A stretch of 32,000 nucleotides of DNA from Flavobacteriales bacterium UBA4422. Lineage in GTDB: Bacteria > Bacteroidota > Bacteroidia > Flavobacteriales_G > Salibacteraceae. Positions 26,269 through 32,000 of the stretch are shown here, in pieces. The DNA lies in NCBI GenBank assembly GCA_002389645.1, contig DGQE01000039.1, positions 21,893 to 53,892 of the forward strand, given 5' to 3'. A model generated the notes under the pieces. That model searched no databases. It was not told where the DNA came from and saw only the letters and a list, made by a program, of their open reading frames with translations. Position 1 is the stretch's first letter. The number at the start of each line of letters is the position of its first letter. Made by a program: the position numbers and the translations under genes.

Positions 26269-27591
26269 ATGATCATTCAAAAATTTGGTGGGACATCAGT
26301 AGGTAGTGCAGAGCGTATAAAGCATGTAGCGCAACTGATTCAAGATGGCAATAAGAAGGTTGTTGTGTTATCCGCAGTTTCGGGTACAACCAACAAATTG
26401 GTTGAGATAGTCAATGCATTGTATCGCAATGAAAAAGCTTCCGTGAATGAGCGTATAGCGCAGATTGAGGCTGAGTATGTTGACTTGGTTGAAATTCTGT
26501 TTGATTCACAAGAGTCAAAGGCGAAGGTTAAATCATTGCTCGAATCGCATTGGAACCATATTCGCTCGTTTACATTAGATATGTTTACTCGTTTTGAAGA
26601 ACGTTCTATTCTAGCTCAAGGTGAGCTCATTTCTGCAATGCTTATGCAGATGCATTTAGAAGAATTAGGTGTCAATGCTCAGCTCATTCCAGCTCTCGAT
26701 TTTATGCGTGTTGATCAGCAAGGTGAACCAGACATGTGGTATACAAAGAGTAACCTGAATAGAATTATAGACGCAGAGGCATCATGTGATTTATTCATCA
26801 CACAAGGGTTTATCTGTAGAAATCACTTTGGCGAAATTGATAACTTGAAGAGAGGAGGAAGCGACTATACGGCTAGTATTATTGGCGCTGCTATTGGAGC
26901 AGAGGAAGTGCAGATTTGGACTGATATTGATGGTATGCATAATAATGACCCCCGTGTAGTTAAGAATACGCGACCCATAGCCATGCTAACATTTGATGAA
27001 GCTGCAGAGTTGGCTTATTTTGGGGCTAAAATTTTGCATCCGACCAGTATTGTTCCTGCCCGTAACTCAGGAGTGCCGGTAGTGCTGAAGAATACCATGG
27101 CCCCTGAAAAATTAGGGACTGTCATTTCAAATGAGCCTTCTGGAAATCATATAAAGGCATTAGCTGCAAAAGATGGCATTACGGCCATTAAAATTAAAAG
27201 TGACCGCATGTTGTTGGCCTATGGTTTTCTGCGTCAAATTTTTGAAGTGTTTGAGCGACACAAAATATCGATTGACATGATCACTACCAGTGAGGTGGCA
27301 GTGAGCTTAACCATAGATGATGATAGAGATATTTCTGAGCTTGTAGAAGAATTAGGCCTATATGGAAAGGTTGAAGTAGATACGAATCAAACCATTGTTT
27401 GTATTGTCGGTCACATGCTGCAATCTGAATCGGGCCATGCAGCTAAAATCTTCAATTCACTCAAAGACATCACTCTTCGCATGATTTCTTATGGGGGCAG
27501 CAAAAACAACGTTTCTATATTGATTGATACAGAATATAAAACTCAAGCCTTAAAAGCGCTCAATCAGGGACTATTTGATCTAGGAGAATGA
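26269..27591 (+). CDS. lysC: Aspartate kinase
   Basis: MIIQKFGGTSVG, the kinase core and the C-terminal ACT-like repeats are present. Confidence 0.9.
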   Translation: MIIQKFGGTSVGSAERIKHVAQLIQDGNKKVVVLSAVSGTTNKLVEIVNALYRNEKASVNERIAQIEAEYVDLVEILFDSQESKAKVKSLLESHWNHIRSFTLDMFTRFEERSILAQGELISAMLMQMHLEELGVNAQLIPALDFMRVDQQGEPDMWYTKSNLNRIIDAEASCDLFITQGFICRNHFGEIDNLKRGGSDYTASIIGAAIGAEEVQIWTDIDGMHNNDPRVVKNTRPIAMLTFDEAAELAYFGAKILHPTSIVPARNSGVPVVLKNTMAPEKLGTVISNEPSGNHIKALAAKDGITAIKIKSDRMLLAYGFLRQIFEVFERHKISIDMITTSEVAVSLTIDDDRDISELVEELGLYGKVEVDTNQTIVCIVGHMLQSESGHAAKIFNSLKDITLRMISYGGSKNNVSILIDTEYKTQALKALNQGLFDLGE

Positions 27592-28748
27592 TAAGAGAGG
27601 AGAATATAGCATCGTTTAGAGGTCGACCAACACCTTTTTACTTTTATGATCTTCAGGCGCTATCGAATACTATTGACTGCGCTAAAAGTGCGGCTGATAA
27701 ATACGGGTTTCACATACATTATGCATTAAAGGCTAATACTAACACGCCCATACTTAACCTGATCAAGGAAAAAGGATTGGGTGCTGATTGTGCAAGCGGT
27801 GGAGAGTTGCAAAAAGCGTTAGAAATAGGCTTTCAACCAGATCATATCGCCTTTGCAGGCGTGGGTAAAACAGATGATGAAATAAAACTGGCAATTGAAA
27901 ACAACATTTTTACCCTCAATGTGGATTCAATTGAAGAATTGAGGGTAATCGATGATATTTCTTCATCGATGAACAGCAAGGCCAGAATTGCACTGAGATT
28001 AAATCCAGATGTTGATGCACAAACGCATCATCATATTACCACAGGTTTAGAGGAAAATAAATTTGGCATAAGTGGATGGCAGGTAGACGAGGTAATTGAA
28101 GTGATCCGAGGTTCTGATAATCTGTTGCTTGAAGGATTGCATTTTCATATTGGTTCACAAATTTCAAACCTAGAACCGTTTAGAAACTTGTGTGGAAGGA
28201 TAAATGCTATTCAAACTCGTTTTGAGGAAAAAGGAATAAAGCTAAAGCATATCAATGCCGGTGGAGGGTTAGGAATAGACTATCAAAGCCCTGATAATCC
28301 CTTGAATCCTGATTTTGAGCGCTTCTTTAAAGTATTTGATTCTCTCATCGATTTAAGACCAGGTCAGCAGCTTCATTTCGAATTGGGGCGTTCGCTGGTA
28401 GCTAATTGTGGAGATTTAATTTCACGCGTACTATATGTCAAGAAAGGATTAAAGACCAACTTCTTAATTCTTGACGCTGGAATGACCGAATTGATTCGCC
28501 CAGCATTGCACCAATCGGTTCATGACATTGAGAATTTATCTTCAAGAAACGAAAATAAATGCATGGTGTATGATGTTGTTGGTCCGGTGTGTGAAAGCAG
28601 TGACTGTTTTGGTAAGGCCATTGAACTTAAAGAAAGTAATCGAGGCGATATTATAGCAATTCGCTCTGCTGGCGCCTATGGGGAAACAATGGCGTCACAT
28701 TATAATCTCAGAGAGTTACAGGAGACCGTGTATCATTTTGTAGTGTAA
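27588..28748 (+). CDS. lysA: Diaminopimelate decarboxylase
   Basis: The PLP Lys context is HYALKAN. The motifs GGGLGI and the CESSD active-site Cys are also seen. The ATGA overlap with lysC indicates an operon. Confidence 0.9.
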   Translation: MIREENIASFRGRPTPFYFYDLQALSNTIDCAKSAADKYGFHIHYALKANTNTPILNLIKEKGLGADCASGGELQKALEIGFQPDHIAFAGVGKTDDEIKLAIENNIFTLNVDSIEELRVIDDISSSMNSKARIALRLNPDVDAQTHHHITTGLEENKFGISGWQVDEVIEVIRGSDNLLLEGLHFHIGSQISNLEPFRNLCGRINAIQTRFEEKGIKLKHINAGGGLGIDYQSPDNPLNPDFERFFKVFDSLIDLRPGQQLHFELGRSLVANCGDLISRVLYVKKGLKTNFLILDAGMTELIRPALHQSVHDIENLSSRNENKCMVYDVVGPVCESSDCFGKAIELKESNRGDIIAIRSAGAYGETMASHYNLRELQETVYHFVV

Positions 28749-28792
28749 AGCGGATTTTTTGCAAGAAATGTGTTGTAAGTGTCTAGATCTCT

Positions 28793-28800
28793 TATATTTG
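28793..28800 (+). promoter_or_regulatory. Candidate -7 box TATATTTG for the RRM protein gene
   Basis: An exact TAnnTTTG 41 nt upstream of the GTG start, with TTG at 28773-28775 as a possible -33 element. Confidence 0.4.
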
Positions 28801-28840
28801 AACTTTAATTTTTTTTATACTTACTTAATTTCTATTTCCC

Positions 28841-29083
28841 GTGAATATTTTTGTTGGCAACCTGAACTACAGGTTGGATGTTGAGGCCTTAGAGCAAGCA
28901 TTTGCTCAATATGGTCAAGTTGATTCTGCTAAGATCATTACTGATAGAGAAACTGGTCGTGCTAAAGGATTCGGTTTTATTGAAATGTCTAATGATGATG
29001 AAGCTAGAGCTGCTATTGAAGGCCTTAATGGCGCTGAGTTAATGGATCGCGCAATCGTTGTTAACGAAGCCCGCCCTAGATAA
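28841..29083 (+). CDS. RRM-type RNA-binding protein
   Basis: RNP-2 is IFVGNL and RNP-1 is KGFGFIEM. The protein is 80 aa and uses a GTG start. Confidence 0.9.
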   Translation: MNIFVGNLNYRLDVEALEQAFAQYGQVDSAKIITDRETGRAKGFGFIEMSNDDEARAAIEGLNGAELMDRAIVVNEARPR

Positions 29084-29111
29084 TTCTAAAACATTAGTTA
29101 GAACTAAAACG

Positions 29112-29146
29112 AAATCCCAGTCACTTGTGGCTGGGATTTTTTTATT
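29112..29146 (+). terminator. Rho-independent terminator after the RRM gene
   Basis: AAATCCCAGTCAC pairs with GTGGCTGGGATTT (one G-U pair) and is followed by a T-run. The track's TTG start at 29125 lies inside this hairpin. Confidence 0.65.
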
Positions 29147-29178
29147 TTCAATGTTTTGAAATCATTGATAATTATCTA

Positions 29179-29706
29179 ATGCCTGATTTAAGTTTTCGTC
29201 CTCGGTTTAAATTTCATTCAGAACTGTCACTTGAAGAATTGTCTGAGCGGTTAATGAAATATGCCAAGACGGCTCCATTAGACAATATTAGAATGAAAAA
29301 AGTGAGAGACCATTTCACTTTAGAAATCACAGAGAAGTATAAGCACTTCTGGTCGCCACATATGGATGTAAATATGGAGCATGATCAAGAGGAAGGGAAA
29401 GCGTTAGTAAGGTGCATGATCGGTCCAACCCCAGCGGTTTGGACGATGTTTATGTTCTTTTATGGCTTCTTTGGGTTTCTTGCATTTGTTGGGCTTACAC
29501 TGGGCCTTTCCCAGTGGACACTGAAAAAGGATATGTAGGGGTGGTGGCTTTTACCAGTGGCGTTGATCGGCATGTTACTGATGTATTTTATCTCTTATGA
29601 AGGTAAAAAGCTTTCACGCGATGAAATGATTGCACTGGAAGGTTATGTAGATAGTGCCCTAGACTGCGACTGTTTTAAGTTGGCAGAAGATCAAGGACAT
29701 GTCTAA
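29179..29706 (+). pseudogene. Two-TM conserved hypothetical protein interrupted by an in-frame TAG (29536-29538)
   Basis: The ATG at 29179 opens MPDLSFRPRFKFHSEL...FWSPHMDV...GPTPAVWTMFMFFYGFFGFLAFVGLTLGLSQWTLKKDM*. The same frame then continues open for 55 more codons, GWWLLPVALIGMLLMYFISYEGKKLSRDEMIALEGYVDSALDCDCFKLAEDQGHV*, which encodes a clean second TM helix. Confidence 0.6.
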
Positions 29707-29738
29707 ACAAACTGATCCATAATTAGGTTTTAAGTATT

Positions 29739-30836
29739 ATGAAAGGTTTCAGTTTTACTCAATTTACCGAAGACGATAGCAAAGGTCCATTTGAAAAGTT
29801 GCTTGATATCTTCATGGAGTTACTTGCGCACACTAGCGGTGATGCTGATGAAGCTATTGATTGGTTGAGAGAATTAGATAAAGAATACAATCTTACCGAT
29901 GATTTTTACACTATAGATGATTTCATTGAAGAGTTGAAAAGAAAAGGGTTTGTTTCAAAAGATCAAGATGGACAAGGAATGACCATTACTTCCAAATCTG
30001 AACAGGTGATTCGTAAACGCTCATTGGATCAGGTGTTTGGTAAAATGAAGAAGAGTAAATCGGGAGGTCATAAAACTAATAAACTGGGTCGTGGAGATGA
30101 GGTGATTCCCGAAACACGCCCATTCCAATTTGGAGATCAAACCGATCGCATAGCGCTTACCGAAAGTATTCGTAAAGCGCAAATTAACCGTGGTATAGAA
30201 GACTTCACCTTGCGGGAAGAAGACCTAGTAATACAGGAAACAGAGCATAAATCATTGACTTCAACAGTGCTGATGATTGACCTTAGTCATTCCATGATTT
30301 TGTATGGTGAAGATCGCATTACTCCGGCCAAAAAAGTAGCGATGGCGCTGGCTGAGTTGATAACAACACGATATCCAAAGGACACGCTAGATATTATTGC
30401 CTTTGGAAATGATGCTTGGACGGTGAGCATCAAAGACCTGCCGTACCTGCAAGTAGGACCTTATCATACAAATACGGTTGCTGGACTTGAATTGGCGCTG
30501 GATATTTTAAAGAAAAAGAAAAATCCTAACCGTCAAATCTTCATGATTACAGATGGAAAGCCATCATGCCTGAAAGAGCGGGATGGTAGCTATTACAAGA
30601 ATAGCTTTGGACTGGATCCCCGCATTGTGAATAAAACGTTGAATCTAGCCGGTGCAGCACGTAAGTCTAAAATTCCAATTACTACATTCATGATTGCACG
30701 TGACCCATACTTACAAGAGTTTGTGCAGCAGTTTACAGAAGCCAATAAAGGCAAGGCTTTCTATACCAGTTTGAAAGGATTGGGAGATTTTGTGTTTGAA
30801 GATTACGAATCAAACAGAAGAAAAAACGTCAGATAA
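29739..30836 (+). CDS. von Willebrand factor type A (VWA) domain protein
   Basis: The MIDAS motif is DLSHSM, with a later MITDG. The N-terminal ~170 aa form a helical region. The gene starts 32 nt downstream of the two-TM gene. Confidence 0.8.
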   Translation: MKGFSFTQFTEDDSKGPFEKLLDIFMELLAHTSGDADEAIDWLRELDKEYNLTDDFYTIDDFIEELKRKGFVSKDQDGQGMTITSKSEQVIRKRSLDQVFGKMKKSKSGGHKTNKLGRGDEVIPETRPFQFGDQTDRIALTESIRKAQINRGIEDFTLREEDLVIQETEHKSLTSTVLMIDLSHSMILYGEDRITPAKKVAMALAELITTRYPKDTLDIIAFGNDAWTVSIKDLPYLQVGPYHTNTVAGLELALDILKKKKNPNRQIFMITDGKPSCLKERDGSYYKNSFGLDPRIVNKTLNLAGAARKSKIPITTFMIARDPYLQEFVQQFTEANKGKAFYTSLKGLGDFVFEDYESNRRKNVR

Positions 30837-30841
30837 ATCAC

Positions 30842-31480
30842 TTATTCAGCAATCAACTCTAATCCTAGTAGTTCGTCAATTGAACTTGCTGTAATGGTAT
30901 AAAATCCTGGCGGAACAAGTGGAGTAGCTTTTACTGAAAGTTTGTTACCCTTGACGAAAAGCATTTCATGAATGTAGTATTCAACACCTTGAGTATCTCT
31001 TGCTACCATGAGAACCTTCTCCTGATTGAATTTTGAAAGATTGACTTTTGATGTTCCAGGATCATTGGGGTTCTTCGCGACAATCACTTCACCTTTTCTC
31101 AATCGATCCATTCCAAAAAATATTGGAGCTATTTCTGAGTAGGCATAATCACCATTAGAAAATTCTTGTTTAATTCTGTAATACGACCATCTTGGCATTG
31201 GTTCATTATCTACTTCAAAGAATTCCATGGCAGACGGATTAACACCTTCATCACCAATCTTTTTGAGAATTTCGAAGTTTCTGCGGTCACGACTTCGTTC
31301 AATAGCAAAGTCAATAATGTCTTTTCTTGACTTCGTCTTCCAAGTAATCTTAACATGATCACCTTTGCTATATACCGTAAACTCGGATAGCTTGGAAGGT
31401 TTTAAGCCCCTGTAATCGACACCTGCAGCTAAGCTGATGAAAGAAAGGACACAAAAAAAGATTAAGCTCTTAATTCTCAT
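30842..31480 (-). CDS. Hypothetical secreted protein, tandem paralog A
   Basis: The signal peptide is MRIKSLIFFCVLSFISLAAG. It shares the motifs FEVD.EP.P.WSYYRI and G.YTITASS..L.GL with the next gene. Confidence 0.6.
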   Translation of the reverse strand: MRIKSLIFFCVLSFISLAAGVDYRGLKPSKLSEFTVYSKGDHVKITWKTKSRKDIIDFAIERSRDRRNFEILKKIGDEGVNPSAMEFFEVDNEPMPRWSYYRIKQEFSNGDYAYSEIAPIFFGMDRLRKGEVIVAKNPNDPGTSKVNLSKFNQEKVLMVARDTQGVEYYIHEMLFVKGNKLSVKATPLVPPGFYTITASSIDELLGLELIAE

Positions 31481-31518
31481 TTACGTATTTCGAGATACAA
31501 TTAGGCGATAGTTTACGA

Positions 31519-32000
31519 TTAATTTACGAATATCGTTAAGCCAATCAACAATTCTAATGAAGACGCTGTAATTGTATATGGGCCAGAAGGCATTCCTGTA
31601 CCATATTCAATGTAGAGCCCCGCACTATTTACTCTGATCGGTTTATCGTAAAGATACTCATAACCATCCCTATCACGGAGCACTAAAACAAAGCTCTTTC
31701 CATCATAGTTCGACAAAGATACTTTTTGTCGTTTGTCTTTGACCAAAGATTGAGGAGTTATGCGCGTTGCTTTTTTCAACCGTTCAATGCCGATAAAAAC
31801 TGGGATAGCAGGTGTATGGTTAACTTTACCATTTCTTAACTCTTCTCTTATTCTGTAGTAAGACCACCCTGGAGCAGGTTCAAAATCAACTTCAAATAGC
31901 TTTTGACTAGAAGCATTTGCGTCAAGTCCTTTAGATTTTTTCCAAACGTCAAACTTTACGTTGTCTATGCTTTTCTCTAAATAATAGAACTTTACGTTTA
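31519..32000 (-). CDS. Hypothetical protein, tandem paralog B (partial, N-terminus beyond the window end)
   Basis: The track lists only 31519-31779 from an internal TTG. My translation shows the frame stays open to 32000: NVKFYYLEKSIDNVKFDVWKKSKGLDANASSQKLFEVDFEPAPGWSYYRIREELRNGKVNHTPAIPVFIGIERLKKATR... This aligns with paralog A. Confidence 0.6.
   Translation of the reverse strand, partial: NVKFYYLEKSIDNVKFDVWKKSKGLDANASSQKLFEVDFEPAPGWSYYRIREELRNGKVNHTPAIPVFIGIERLKKATRITPQSLVKDKRQKVSLSNYDGKSFVLVLRDRDGYEYLYDKPIRVNSAGLYIEYGTGMPSGPYTITASSLELLIGLTIFVN

Noticed and set aside
29536-29538. The possibility that TAG is reassigned or decoded as a sense codon, which would make the two-TM gene intact.
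   Set aside because: TAG terminates at least two well-defined genes in this window (the acylase at 9313-9315 and phoH at 17915-17917) at the expected protein ends. Genome-wide reassignment is therefore not supported.
1-32000. A search by eye for CRISPR arrays, tRNA or rRNA genes, IS elements with terminal inverted repeats, integrases, toxin-antitoxin pairs and known defence-system genes.
   Set aside because: I found no regularly spaced direct repeats, no cloverleaf-like or rRNA-like segments, and no transposase, recombinase, nuclease or helicase-type ORFs. The only mobile-element-like trace is the coaE 3'-end duplication, which is reported as a finding.

Overview
This is a chromosomal, mostly housekeeping segment that looks like Bacteroidota, probably Flavobacteriia-like. 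The taxon call is an inference from gene content: a gldF-gldG-DUF4340 operon, a GH16 glycosidase with a T9SS-type C-terminal tail, a DUF3276/PUR-like protein, DUF1573, a long NusB, S16 with an acidic tail, and several TAnnTTTG -7 promoter boxes. About 40 genes are packed tightly on both strands. They include rpsP-rimM, an ABC exporter, Leu/Val/Phe dehydrogenase, nusB-DUF1573-yajC-ybbR-coaE, a penicillin-acylase-family protein, rlmD, phoH-purC, a rhomboid protease, dnaN, lysC-lysA, an RRM RNA-binding protein and a VWA protein. I recognise no rRNA, tRNA, CRISPR array, transposase, integrase or known defence genes. I do not see a convincing novel multi-gene system, so this looks like an ordinary core-genome window with a few small accessory or odd spots. 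The best leads are: (1) a diverged duplicate of the coaE 3' end bracketing a one-gene insertion at 8581-9332; (2) three interrupted membrane-protein genes, one with an in-frame TAG and two with a 5' end lost at a poly-A run, which may be real or may be assembly errors; (3) tandem paralogous secreted proteins of unknown family at the right edge; (4) a tightly coupled five-gene operon (DUF62, ABM, helical protein, hemerythrin-like, RlmD). All homology calls come from motif recognition by eye, because no searches could be run.
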